Positions 1 to 12,906 of a DNA stretch of 37,512 nt are shown here, one piece after another. The stretch is from NCBI RefSeq assembly GCF_001194135.2, contig NC_068987.1, positions 68,418,940-68,456,451 on the forward strand. The letters are read 5' to 3'. The notes beneath the pieces are model-generated. The model did no database searches. It saw only the letters and a list, made by a program, of their open reading frames with translations, and had not been told where the DNA came from. This DNA comes from Octopus bimaculoides. Lineage: Eukaryota. The stretch's first letter is position 1. Each line of letters starts with the position of its first letter. The position numbers were made by a program, and so were the translations under genes.

Positions 1-68
<68 letters not shown>
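1..68. repeat. (TA)n microsatellite
   Basis: Pure TA dinucleotide run at the window start; similar TA/CA-rich runs occur at the window end (37320-37512) and beside most gaps. Confidence 0.98.
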
Positions 69-73
<5 letters not shown>

Positions 74-798
74 GCGTATGTATTACATATATTTGTAAGT
101 ATATATGTATGGCATATTGGTATTCATGTATCCGTGTATATTTATGTATCCTTAGCCGATTATACGAGGAATGTAAACATAATATTTATGATCGTACAAT
201 GTTTGATGTGTGTGATTTTATTACGATGAGCGTGGTGTTATCATGAATATTGTCATTAATGTTGTTGTTATTATCATCATTATTATTGTTCGTATCGTCA
301 TTATTATTACGAGAAATTTGCAGGCGTTGGAAATTTAAGAAGACATAGTCTATGTTGTACCAAATCCTTTTCTCATGGGGTATTATTTTATAAATATTTC
401 GTACAACAAGACGGTAGCCAAATTGTCCAGAAGTTTCCGGTGATGCCCTATCTATTATAGCAAAAAAATTAAAGAGAGCCAATGATATGATAGTGATTAG
501 TCTTAATAAAATATTATCATGCCAATAATAATGATTTGTCATTTTGATTGATTTTTGTTTATTTTATTTGATTATCTATTTATTTACTTGTTTACTTAAG
601 GCGTGCTTTGTAGATGAGAATGTAAATATGTCTGAATCGATAAAGTATATCAACCCCAGCTTGATTTGAATACTTCACAAAAAGATTGTAGGTACGGGTA
701 TCCAGTTGATATTTTGTATGAAGATAAAAAAAAAAACAAAAAAGAATGTTTGCCAATAAGTTATCAACATTTTCACCGACTAAAACACCACGATACTG

Positions 799-799
799 T

Positions 800-848
<49 letters not shown>
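799..848. repeat. (TAG)n microsatellite
   Basis: Uninterrupted AGT/TAG run; explains the poly-Ser ORF 666..854. Confidence 0.95.
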
Positions 849-849
<1 letters not shown>

Positions 850-1058
850 TGTAGCACCTCTTAATTGTTCTAACTGAATACATCAGATAAATGTATTTAA
901 CGCTATCACCCAGTACTAGCTTATTTGCGGCACTTAGTAGAGATAATTTTGTTGCTAAAATTCAGGACAGTTTTATTATCGAAAGGTAATTTCCACATGT
1001 GCTCCCATTAGTCACACAAACCCTAGAAAATATTACGTTGTTTATCTAATGTCCTAAA

Positions 1059-1275
1059 GACGCGTGACTAAGTGATTTGGGGTGTTGCTCTCACGGTCGC
1101 CTGGTAGTGGTTTCAATTCCCGGACCAGGCTGCGTGTTATGTTCTTGAGTGAAACGCCTCATTTCCTGTTATCCAGTCCACACAGTTCTGAATTAATAAC
1201 TATGCACTGGACTGGCGTCCCTTTCAGGGATTGTGTTGTAAGTCTTGGCCATGGAAAACGGGTAACAGTTGTCAT
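1059..1275 (+). mobile_element. tRNA-derived SINE, family D (degenerate copy)
   Basis: tRNA-like head GACGCGTGACTAAGTGA (A-box-like) and GGTTTCAATTCCCGG (B-box-like), then the body GTTCTTGAGTGAAACGCCTCATTTCCTGTTATCCAGTCCACACAG, which resembles CORE/V-type invertebrate SINE bodies. Confidence 0.6.
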
Positions 1276-1314
1276 TTGCTTTTATGTTGACATTTGAGGT
1301 AGAAATGAAGTTCT

Positions 1315-1578
1315 GTAATAATTCTAATTTTTGCACAAGGCCAGCAATTTTGAGAGGAAGGTCTTAGCCGATTACATCGAACCCAATAATGAAAGTAATA
1401 ATGGTTTCAGAGTCAATTATATCAACTCCAGTGCACAACTGGTACTTATTTCATCGGCTCTGAAATGATGAAAGGCAAAGTCGCCCTCGGCGGAATTTAA
1501 ACTCAGAACGTAAAGACGGACGAAATACTGCTATGCATTGTACCCGACTTACTAACGATTCTGCGAACTCACCGCCCA
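1315..1578 (-). mobile_element. Two SINE family A pieces: an old 3-prime stub (about 1315-1385) and a younger internally deleted copy (1403-1578)
   Basis: Plus strand shows ACTGGTACTTATTTCATCGG...ATGAAAGGCAAAGTCGCCCTCGGCGGAATTTAAACTCAGAACGTAAAGACGGACGAAATAC, the reverse complement of the family A copies at 21001, 21271 and 21552. A 30-bp direct repeat (28/30 identical) lies at 1373-1402 and 1579-1608. Confidence 0.9.
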
Positions 1579-1948
1579 TACATCGACCCCAATAGTGAAA
1601 GTAATAATAACGCCTCAGTCACTATGGTTATTGTGATTATTATATTTATTTTCACATATCAACATCATCATCGTAAACATATTATTACGTAGGATTTCAG
1701 ATTTTATCAAGCATTTTATTCCTCATAGTTGTCATGAACATCAAATAGTATTTCTAAAATCTTCCTCAATAAAGCAGTTCTGGTAGTGATGGTGCTAGTA
1801 GTGGTGGCTTTGGTGGTAGTGGAAGTGATGGTGATGGAAGTAGTTATCTCAGTAGCTGTTAATAGTTGCCATGGGTGTTATTTATTGTTTTCAACATAGA
1901 CTTCATTGCAGTGACCCAGGGTAAAAGATCATTATCATAACTGCATTG

Positions 1949-1949
<1 letters not shown>

Positions 1950-2006
<57 letters not shown>

Positions 2007-2085
2007 GACTGGTATTGTTAGAATTATTAATGCTACACTTATCTTTGATAACCAAAACGGGAGAGTATAGACATGATCATCATCA

Positions 2086-2132
<47 letters not shown>

Positions 2133-2147
2133 TATTATTATATTATT

Positions 2148-2182
<35 letters not shown>
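1950..2182. repeat. Compound (ATT)n / (ATC)n microsatellites
   Basis: Trinucleotide runs; source of the poly-L, poly-I, poly-Y and poly-H ORFs. Confidence 0.95.
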
Positions 2183-2329
2183 TGCACCTACTCCTGGCAC
2201 TATGTCGATAACTTCATGTTTACTTATTCGTATAAACAATAATCTGATTTGTTTTCTCTTTTTATTGTTAATTCAATGTTAAACACTGATCCCCCACTCC
2301 CCTGCTAAGTTGCGGGTGGATTTAGATAT

Positions 2330-2343
2330 ATGTGTGTGCGGGC

Positions 2344-2411
<68 letters not shown>

Positions 2412-2600
2412 NNNNNNNNNNTGTGTGTGTGTGTGTGTGTGTATGCGTGTGTGTGTGTGTGTGTGTGCGTGTGTGTGTGTGTGTATTCTTATGCACACAC
2501 ACACGTGCCACTGTTTCTAATATTTTTTGTATAAAATATATTTTTCCTTTTCATATGAGGGGACCCACAGGGAGTTAAACATAGTAGTAGTAGCAGCAGC

Positions 2601-2649
<49 letters not shown>

Positions 2650-2851
2650 TTTGTGGTTGTTGTTGTGGTGGTGCTTGTGGTGGTTAAGGTGTTGGTGGTG
2701 GCGGCTGTATTAATCAGTATTAACAATGATAATGTTGATGGGCGCAATACGTTGACTCAGTCCCAAAACTATATTGTTTATTGTTGCTAAATAGCAATAA
2801 TCGGAACTTTTATTTATGCAAACATCTCCTGTAAATACTTCAATTATATCT

Positions 2852-2897
<46 letters not shown>

Positions 2898-2906
2898 GTC
2901 TATCTA

Positions 2907-2957
<51 letters not shown>

Positions 2958-3138
2958 GTCTATCTATCTATCTTTGTATGTTTGTATATGAATGCATACA
3001 TATACAAATATATACATCTATGCATTTATATCTGACTTATAGATATAATCTTCTTACTATGTATATATACATATATATATATATATGTGTGTGTGTTTGT
3101 GTGTGTGTATACATATACATATACACACATCTATGGAC

Positions 3139-3172
<34 letters not shown>
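2330..3172. repeat. Microsatellite block: (GT)n, (TAG)n, (ATCT)n/(GTCT)n, (TA)n/(CA)n
   Basis: Directly visible simple repeats; includes the 10-N gap at 2412-2421. Confidence 0.95.
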
Positions 3173-3175
<3 letters not shown>

Positions 3176-3676
3176 AGCCTATAATGATGAATATTCTTCT
3201 ACCTTGTCTAATTATCTAAAATTAGTGTAGTAAACCTTGATTGTTGAGTACATTGAAATATTGTCGTAAAGGCGCTGTTCAAACGAGATTGTCAGTGTTT
3301 TTCTACCACATGAAATCTTTTCTACACTATACCTAAGACCATATCCAACATATCTGATGTTTTATATTACAAAGATACAGTGATGAAAAAAAATATTATA
3401 TACCAGATAATACCTAAGAATTTAAGAAACACTATCTTGATTTAAGTACATAATTAATCCCTTGCTGAAAGTTTAGTCTGTATTGTGGATATACACACAG
3501 CCAAAAGACTTAATAACTAACAAGCAATATGGAACTTTATATGAGAAAGCCCATTGGATAGCTTTCCTTGGCAACTAATTAAATTTCACCACTATTCAAA
3601 ATATCGCAAACATTTTAAGGATTCGGTCTTGCATATTTATATACTACTGAGATCGAAATCATAAAGATTTCTTCGC

Positions 3677-3790
3677 CACGAAGCCACAGATCTTGAGAGA
3701 GGTGTCAGTCGATTACATCAGCTGTATTAAATGACTGGTACTTTATTTTATCTACTTGGGAAGGATGACAGGTTAATCCCGTCGAAGAAA
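3677..3790 (-). mobile_element. SINE family A, old 5-prime-truncated fragment
   Basis: GTCAGTCGATTACATCAGCTGTATTAAATGACTGGTACTTTATTTTATCTAC...GGAAGGATGA matches the reverse complement of the 3-prime half of family A. Confidence 0.7.
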
Positions 3791-4404
3791 GAAAGAACAT
3801 AAGCTATAAAGGGAAGTAATTTAATTTTCCTGGTATTTTACGTCAACACTACCGCATAATGCCATCCTGACCCACATTTAAAATAACAATGATAATTATC
3901 AACTACAAAAGTTCTATCACTGTGTATTGCTTTATTTCTCTTCAGTATTATGTTGTGTAAAAAGTCGTAAAATAATGGTCGTGTAATCTTTTCATGTAGG
4001 CTTATATCATAACTTTAAAATATAGTATTTTTGTTTTCATTTCAGGGATTGCTATAGATATTTTACTATTTAATTTCTGCAGAATGTTTATGAATGAAAC
4101 GGTGACATAATTATTTCATAAAATATAAGTACGTAATATGTAGTTTCTTGTAATAAACCATTCATGTATTTTTTCTTGTTGGTGTTTATTTTCTGTGTAA
4201 TATCAGTGCAAAATAAGAGGCCCAGTAATGTTCGTAAATAACAAAATAATACAATTCACACACCAATAGCAAATACAAATTGTACCAATCTTAAGTGACT
4301 AGTTTGTAAGTAGCGTAAATTTATTAAGGTGTATGCGTGTGGAGATGCAAACTGAGCGATATATACATATATACATGTACACATATACTCACATTTGTTC
4401 ATAA

Positions 4405-4437
<33 letters not shown>

Positions 4438-5382
4438 NNNNNNNNNNNNNNNNNNNNNNNNNNNNNNNNNNNNNNNNNNNNNNNNNNNNNNNNNNNNNNN
4501 NNNNNNNNNNNNNNNNNNNNNNNNNNNNNNNNNNNNNNNNNNNNNNNNNNNNNNNNNNNNNNNNNNNNNNNNNNNNNNNNNNNNNNNNNNNNNNNNNNNN
4601 NNNNNNNNNNNNNNNNNNNNNNNNNNNNNNNNNNNNNNNNNNNNNNNNNNNNNNNNNNNNNNNNNNNNNNNNNNNNNNNNNNNNNNNNNNNNNNNNNNNN
4701 NNNNNNNNNNNNNNNNNNNNNNNNNNNNNNNNNNNNNNNNNNNNNNNNNNNNNNNNNNNNNNNNNNNNNNNNNNNNNNNNNNNNNNNNNNNNNNNNNNNN
4801 NNNNNNNNNNNNNNNNNNNNNNNNNNNNNNNNNNNNNNNNNNNNNNNNNNNNNNNNNNNNNNNNNNNNNNNNNNNNNNNNNNNNNNNNNNNNNNNNNNNN
4901 NNNNNNNNNNNNNNNNNNNNNNNNNNNNNNNNNNNNNNNNNNNNNNNNNNNNNNNNNNNNNNNNNNNNNNNNNNNNNNNNNNNNNNNNNNNNNNNNNNNN
5001 NNNNNNNNNNNNNNNNNNNNNNNNNNNNNNNNNNNNNNNNNNNNNNNNNNNNNNNNNNNNNNNNNNNNNNNNNNNNNNNNNNNNNNNNNNNNNNNNNNNN
5101 NNNNNNNNNNNNNNNNNNNNNNNNNNNNNNNNNNNNNNNNNNNNNNNNNNNNNNNNNNNNNNNNNNNNNNNNNNNNNNNNNNNNNNNNNNNNNNNNNNNN
5201 NNNNNNNNNNNNNNNNNNNNNNNNNNNNNNNNNNNNNNNNNNNNNNNNNNNNNNNNNNNNNNNNNNNNNNNNNNNNNNNNNNNNNNNNNNNNNNNNNNNN
5301 NNNNNNNNNNNNNNNNNNNNNNNNNNNNNNNNNNNNNNNNNNNNNNNNNNNNNNNNNNNNNNNNNNNNNNNNNNNNNNNNNN

Positions 5383-5422
<40 letters not shown>

Positions 5423-6799
5423 GCATATATATATATATATAAATATATATACACAAAAACATATATATGTGTATATAATATATGTATGAATATATGTATA
5501 TCCTTATATATACGTATAGATATATGTTCATACACACACACACATACACACACATATATATATATATATATATAAATGTGTGTGTGTGTATATATATATG
5601 CATACACTCACACACACGCACAAGCACGCACAGATAGATATTTATATATGTTCTATATCAATACGCTTCTAATGACGTATTTCAAACTTTTTGTTTCTTA
5701 ATTTCATTTTCTTTATTTTGTATATGAATGTGTGTATCCGCGCGCGAGTGTGTAAGTATATACATAGACAATGATATATGCATATGTATATGCATGTGTA
5801 TATATANNNNNNNNNNNNNNNNNNNNNNNNNNNNNNNNNNNNNNNNNNNNNNNNNNNNNNNNNNNNNNNNNNNNNNNNNNNNNNNNNNNNNNNNNNNNNN
5901 NNNNNNNNNNNNNNNNNNNNNNNNNNNNNNNNNNNNNNNNNNNNNNNNNNNNNNNNNNNNNNNNNNNNNNNNNNNNNNNNNNNNNNNNNNNNNNNNNNNN
6001 NNNNNNNNNNNNNNNNNNNNNNNNNNNNNNNNNNNNNNNNNNNNNNNNNNNNNNNNNNNNNNNNNNNNNNNNNNNNNNNNNNNNNNNNNNNNNNNNNNNN
6101 NNNNNNNNNNNNNNNNNNNNNNNNNNNNNNNNNNNNNNNNNNNNNNNNNNNNNNNNNNNNNNNNNNNNNNNNNNNNNNNNNNNNNNNNNNNNNNNNNNNN
6201 NNNNNNNNNNNNNNNNNNNNNNNNNNNNNNNNNNNNNNNNNNNNNNNNNNNNNNNNNNNNNNNNNNNNNNNNNNNNNNNNNNNNNNNNNNNNNNNNNNNN
6301 NNNNNNNNNNNNNNNNNNNNNNNNNNNNNNNNNNNNNNNNNNNNNNNNNNNNNNNNNNNNNNNNNNNNNNNNNNNNNNNNNNNNNNNNNNNNNNNNNNNN
6401 CTCCATATCGTCAACCATTATGACAACATTACATCATAAACATTATTGTTTTAATTAGGGTTATTTCACGTAGTTAAAATATCAACGCTGTGGGGGTTTC
6501 TTTCTTTTAAATTTGTTTTTTTTTTCTTTTTTATGAGTTTCTTGTTTTTATTCTTCTTAATATTAATATATTTTTTCTCTCTTTTCTGTTTAACACAAAC
6601 AGAGATAATGGCCATTGATTCAAAGAAATATTTCTTAGTATACATACGTATATGTGTTTGGGGAGAAAGAGACAAAAGTGGAGTTGATGGAGAGAAAGTG
6701 TGTTGAATAGATGGCGAAAGCGGTGGATAGATAAGTCGATAGACAGACTGATAAACAGACAGTCAGACTGACATATAGAAAAATAGACAGACAGATATG

Positions 6800-6851
<52 letters not shown>

Positions 6852-7165
6852 GAGTGAAATACGAGGGGGAGATGTTTTTTAGAGGTACAATATACCTCAT
6901 ATACATAATTTGGAAGATTGAAAGACCAAAACAAAGCAAAAAAAAAACGTAAAATAAAGAAAACGAAGAGAAATAAGGATTTGTTTTCATTACAGCTAGT
7001 CATATGGATTTTAGATATTCACATACAAATAAGAATTCGTAAACATATATTGTTCTCAGATACGCAGCACCCGCCACACAAACTTACTATGTATATATAC
7101 ACACACACAAATATATATACGTGCATACATACAAACATGCATGCATGCATACATACATACATACA

Positions 7166-7198
<33 letters not shown>

Positions 7199-7339
7199 TT
7201 GTGAATGTACTTCTGTCTCTGTCTGTGAATGTAAATGTGCCTATGTAAATGTTTTAGCAATGTCTAACGATGATGTATTATTTTTTAGTATCTAATATAT
7301 ATGCATGTTCCAGAGCATCTTTAAACACACACTTGACAC

Positions 7340-7377
<38 letters not shown>

Positions 7378-7380
7378 ACT

Positions 7381-7465
7381 TTTATTAAAGCTGCAAAGTT
7401 ATCACAAAACTGCTACTAAGAGTCTCACTTTCCCGTCCGTCAAAACGGTTGTTATGAAAATTTTG
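7381..7465 (-). mobile_element. Short dispersed repeat arm, possibly Penelope-associated
   Basis: Unique-looking 85 bp embedded between (GT)n tracts. The minus strand ends in TTTAATAAAA and contains TTGACGG-A-CGGGAAAGT-GAGAC, a weak echo of a CTGANGA...GAAAC core. Confidence 0.3.
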
Positions 7466-7527
7466 GGATTGTAGTACTATTTCTTTTCACCTTGTTTAGC
7501 ACTTGTGCTCACCTGTGTACATATACA

Positions 7528-7621
<94 letters not shown>

Positions 7622-7734
7622 CGTGCGCGTACATACACGCACAATTCCATGGATCACGTATCCATACCTGAGGCCGATTCACATCATGATAGTTGGAAAG
7701 AAGTTTATCAGAAACTGGCCGCTGATATGTCAGT

Positions 7735-8390
7735 AAATTCCATGCATAACTATCTATCTAGAAGTCTTCAAAGTAACAGAGACATTGACAAACCAGAATA
7801 TTCTATTTTAGGTATACAACCGGGATATTAGCTCTCACTTCGAAGGATATACTTTTGCAACACAACTCCAGGAAATATCCGCAAAATATGAAGCACAAGG
7901 AAGTAGTTATGCAGAAAATAACAGAAAAACGTGACATTATATTCAGGCTTTATGGAATTGATACTGAAGAAGTCACCCAAAACATTAGTAGCTGCCCGAA
8001 ATTGTCCTCATGGCATTACTTACTTATGAGACATGATGTGGCTAGAACACTAGATAGCGAAACTGGTAGAGAGGATAATACTGATAAGACATGTAAAAAG
8101 CTACAATGATGTGGTGGGCAAAACCACACCTAATTCGAAAGAATATTGGTAGCATGTCCCTGTCAAATCTTCAGTAAAATTCAAGTACATTAGACTAGGC
8201 ATACTTATGTGGGAGTACGAAAGATTATTTCAACAGTAGTTGAAATAATTTACCTAAGGGATGTCAATAGAATGTTAAATGTTTGTAGAAAAGAGAACAC
8301 TTATGCCAAAATGATAGGAAATCTGTAGTACGCCATTCTGGCTATTACTTGAACGTTCTACCTATATATATATTAGTGCACTTGGCTAGA
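7735..8390 (+). pseudogene. Decayed 3-prime part of an R4/Dong-like RLE non-LTR retrotransposon (post-RT region, CCHC knuckle, restriction-like endonuclease)
   Basis: Colinear motifs across frameshifts and stops: SHFEGYTFATQLQEISAKY (from 7833; cf. EGxxFAxQEQxIxTxY), FRLYGIDTEEVTQNISSCPKLSSWHYLLMRHDVA (from 7942; cf. CRLCxxxxExxxHIxSxCPKxxxxxYxxRHD), KEYW*HVPVKSSVKFKYIRLGILMW (cf. WWNxPxKTxxKxxHNRPDIxxW), VVEIIYLRDVN, KENTY, and FLPIYISALG (cf. FxPIIVGALG). Confidence 0.8.
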
Positions 8391-8404
8391 AGATTATAGA
8401 TATA

Positions 8405-8525
8405 ATCTGCCAAATGTACTGGTCAACCTGAGGTTATGATAGGAGCTAGTCGGCCATTGCGCCAAGTAGCAGTATTGAAACTCGACTACGTTTTCGACAA
8501 GCAAACTTCTTACCCAGACAGCAAC
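8405..8525 (-). mobile_element. SINE family B head, degenerate
   Basis: Minus strand CTGGGTAAGAAGTTTGCTTGTCGAAAACGTAGTCGAGTTTCAATACTGCTACTTGGCGCAATGGCC...TTTGGCAGA aligns loosely with the head of the intact copy at 31744. Confidence 0.55.
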
Positions 8526-8608
8526 ACACACACACGCACACACATGTATACATACATGCATGCATAACATACATAAATACATATATGTGTGCGTGTATGT
8601 GTTGTGTA

Positions 8609-8678
<70 letters not shown>

Positions 8679-8679
8679 A

Positions 8680-8719
<40 letters not shown>

Positions 8720-8930
8720 NNNNNNNNNNNNNNNNNNNNNNNNNNNNNNNNNNNNNNNNNNNNNNNNNNNNNNNNNNNNNNNNNNNNNNNNNNNNNNNNN
8801 NNNNNNNNNNNNNNNNNNNNNNNNNNNNNNNNNNNNNNNNNNNNNNNNNNNNNNNNNNNNNNNNNNNNNNNNNNNNNNNNNNNNNNNNNNNNNNNNNNNN
8901 NNNNNNNNNNNNNNNNNNNNNNNNNNNNNN

Positions 8931-8964
<34 letters not shown>

Positions 8965-10313
8965 AGCTACTGAAATTGTGCATGCATGTACATATGTACG
9001 AATACTTGTGTGCTTTTGTGTGTTTATGTTTGTCTACAAAGCTGATGCCAAATTGTAACGTGATAAATACATTTAAGAAAGAGCACGTCAATATTCCTCG
9101 TAACGAATAGTTAGTTCCTTCCTTAAACTATACAGAACAGTTCTCGTCAGATAATGCAATGGTTGCCAAATTTTATTTGGCAAGTAATTTTAGCCATGCT
9201 ACCTAAGAAGTCAAATAGGGGGCTATCCTAGACATTTGATCGATTCATGAGTCACTGCTTGCATTCCTGTCCAAAGCTAGCCAACATTAGACAGCTGTTT
9301 TAATCAACTCCGCGTTGTAGGCAATTTGTGGTCATTTTTCTCGTTTAGTTCTGATGTGAATGTAGCGTATATTGTAATTATCTGTCTTTCAGATCTTCTA
9401 CTAAGTTGATAGTACTTCCGAAATAATTTCACCTCTTACTCGACATGGTCAGATATTCATTGCATCACATTTATTTTCTTCTCTCTGAGAAGTTGCTAAA
9501 TATGTACCATTTATATATACGAGAGACCGACTAAACTGCCATAAAATTTTCCAAGTAATAAACTTTAGTCTGTACCTATATGCTCATTATTACAATTGAC
9601 TATATTAATTCATATATAAAATTAGCTGCAAAGTGTTAGAATATGTAATAGTGTTTTGGTTTTTTCTTTTCCGCAAAACAAAAAGAAAATTATTTTAATA
9701 GCTGTTAAATTGTGATGTTGCATTGCAAAATGCAGAAATAAATTGAATCTAGTCGTTTCTTCTGAACGGTTTTAAAGATTATATAAAATAATATACGTCT
9801 CAATACGAACTTCAAGGGAAAAAATCATAACAATATGCATACATATATATATTTATACATAAATAAATACATACATACACATGTATATATTTATCCATAC
9901 ATTCATATATACGTAGATGCGTGCATACATATGTACACAAACATATATACATATCTATTAAATGATTAATAATGCATTCTACCACGTTTGAAATGTGATG
10001 CATATTTTCTAAAACGTTCTGTATTATACCAATTAATTAATCCCCAGTTGCTGTGCATGCGCTTTTGAACGTACAAGACAAACCATTTTATACACTATAA
10101 TTTATTAATCTCCTTGTGAATAGAGTTTGGATAATCTTTCCCTAATGAAGTTCAATCAAGGCTAAAAACTAGATAGATCGATATCTTCTATATCTATCCA
10201 TGTATATATGTGTCCCAGAGAAGCGGGGACGGTAGACGATGAAGTAACTAAAACTTATGTACGCAGCAGCAGCAGCAGTAGTAGTAGTCTGTTATATAAT
10301 TGTTAGTAATAAT

Positions 10314-10523
10314 CCTTTCTACTGAAGGCACACGGCCTGAAGTTTGTGTGGGGGACTAGTCAATTACATCAACCGCAGTGCGTAACTGGTACTTATTTCA
10401 TTAACCCCGAAAAGATGAAAGGCAAAGTTGACCTCGGCAGAATTTGAACTTAGACTGTAGCGGCAGACGAAATACCGCTAAGCATTTGCCCGGCTTGCTA
10501 ACGATTCTACCAGCTTGTCGCCT
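10314..10523 (-). mobile_element. Full-length SINE family A with a perfect 19-bp target-site duplication
   Basis: Complete tRNA-like head (minus strand GGCGACAAGCTGGTAGAATCGTTAGC, B box AAGTTCAAATTC). TATAATTGTTAGTAATAAT is identical at 10295-10313 and 10524-10542. Confidence 0.93.
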
Positions 10524-12367
10524 TATAATTGTTAGTAATAATATGTATCGAGGTAGTTTGTTACTATGTGGTCATGTGTGAAAAAAAAATAAATGACGGG
10601 TGAAATGTAAAATATAAAGGAGGTGTTGAATGAAGATTTATTGTCGGTCTATTTACTTTCATGCCCTGCTGACGATCATGGTGATGGCGTTGATGACGTT
10701 ATGGATAGTGGTAGTAGTGTTGTTGCTATTTTGTACTTGCAGTGTTGGAACGCTAGCAGAAACAGTCTACAAACGAAGTAAATTGATGAAATCGGGCACG
10801 TTGCGATGCTGTTAACGATCTATGTATTTGTCAATGGTTTATTGGTAGTAAAGTAATGGATGATGTTTCTATCGTACTTTTTAATATAATTGGTCCTTTA
10901 TATTTTAGTTAATAATTACGCATTTTCCTTTATAGCTTTATTACCATTGCTTTGTGCTTCCCTTTAAATCAGGTTTATGTAATATTTACATTTCTATGTA
11001 AGCTTAATCTCTCATGAAAATAGAACGCATTTCCATATATTTTTCTTTCTATATCTTTTCAATTACCTATTCGAGGAAAGTATGACATGAGCCAGCATGG
11101 GAACCTATTTATGATCACTTGATTTGCTAGAAACACTAGCGCACTCTTTCTCAAATCTGAAAGAATTCACATCTTTCACAGTATTGTTCAAAATACATTC
11201 TGTGCGTGTATAAGATGTTTCATTCGTTTTTGGTCATTGACGTTCTTCCTTGATGAGGGCTGAATTAAGAATAAAAAAAGTGACAGCCAATCCACAAATG
11301 TTAAGTAAAGTTTCAAGTAAACGTCAACACCATCATTTTTCCTATTGCTACAACTATTAAAATGCGTATTACAACGGGTAAAAATGTAAGTAAAAATGTA
11401 AAAGAGAAACACATACAGATAAATGAAGCTTCGAGTACGCTGACCATTAGTGTCAGTCACAACAATAAAAATACGTTTATATTTCATAGATGTATGAACG
11501 AATTTCGGGGATTTGAAGGTGTCCAAAATATAAGTCGAAGCCTAGTCCTTATAGTTAACTCTTATTACTATTTTAAAAATACACAGGTTGTTTTTGTAAA
11601 ACTAAAGTTCGGAAATGGTAAGAAAAGCAATTATAATTGAGCCTATCGGGGGGGAAGTGAAAAATAAACATTCTTATAGATCTCTAGATTCTAAACTGTT
11701 TCTGAGCTTCATGTTAGGCTGCCTTGATTGACTCCGAATATTTTAACATGGCCAGTCAGAATTAAGAACGTAATGTCCTATTTTGCCCTCGTCCCTTCAC
11801 TCCTAATGGGATTATGGAAAAACCCAACACCAAGGCGTTTTGGAGGACATCTAAAGCTAGCGGAATCTCTCCCTCTCCATATTTGGTCATAGACGATATT
11901 TCCTGATAGAAAGAGAGAACGTGAAAATAAGCCCAATACTACTAAGCAGGTATTTTATTGATCTCGAAAGGGTAATTGGCATAGCTTACTTTCGTATTCT
12001 AAAGGATGAATTTCAACACTACTAATTCGCCATCAACTAATGTACATATTAATCATTAAATAAGAATGATTAGTCCCTTGGTAAGAAAATATAGGAATTA
12101 GAGTTGTATGAAGTATATTATGTGACTGATACATGACCTTGCCATCACCATTTGGAGGTTATAACAATATCTGAGTGTCAAGTCACTTTGTTTCAATTAT
12201 CTGCTATTGTCATTAGCGCAGTTAAATTGTTAATAATTTCTTACAAATTCAATAATTTTTATTTTTCTACTTCTGATTCTTATTGCTCTTCTTTCCTGAT
12301 TTCTTCAGTTTTTTTTTTGTTTTTTTTTTTTACTTCTCATGTTTTTAAGTTTACATGTATACGTACG

Positions 12368-12398
<31 letters not shown>

Positions 12399-12504
12399 GT
12401 AAGTAGCGGTGGGAGTCTTAATTATATATCTATCAATATTAACTTTTCTCATTGGCATTCCATTAAAAAAATGTCATTGTAATTGTACAATAGCTTACTA
12501 CTAC

Positions 12505-12513
12505 TACTAATAC

Positions 12514-12582
<69 letters not shown>
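12505..12582. repeat. (TAG)n microsatellite
   Basis: Long AGT run; source of the poly-V and poly-T ORFs. Confidence 0.95.
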
Positions 12583-12584
<2 letters not shown>

Positions 12585-12906
12585 ACAGTGGCATTTCCTT
12601 TATTATCAACACCATCATTATCATTAATATTAATTAAAACATTCGTATTGCAATTATTACAAAAAGATTTTTGTTGTTGATAGTGTTGAATATGCGATAA
12701 CACATTCGTTAGACATTTTTTTTTTGTAACATTTTTGCAAATTTTTCTTATAATTCTTTCTTCCGTCAACCTTGTGGCAATAACAAAGAAATCGTCCCCA
12801 TCGTCGTCCGTGGTCGTCGTCATCGTCATCATCATAAAAATTATCTAGATTCCATTTTACCATTCTATATTTTTGCAATGTTTTCTGTCCCCGGGGATTT
12901 CACTAG

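Noticed and set aside
186-542. 118-aa minus ORF with a hydrophobic N-terminus and Asn/Asp-rich tail
   Set aside because: The tail derives from a degenerate (ATT/GTT) microsatellite. No homology was recognised and there is no convincing splice or promoter context.
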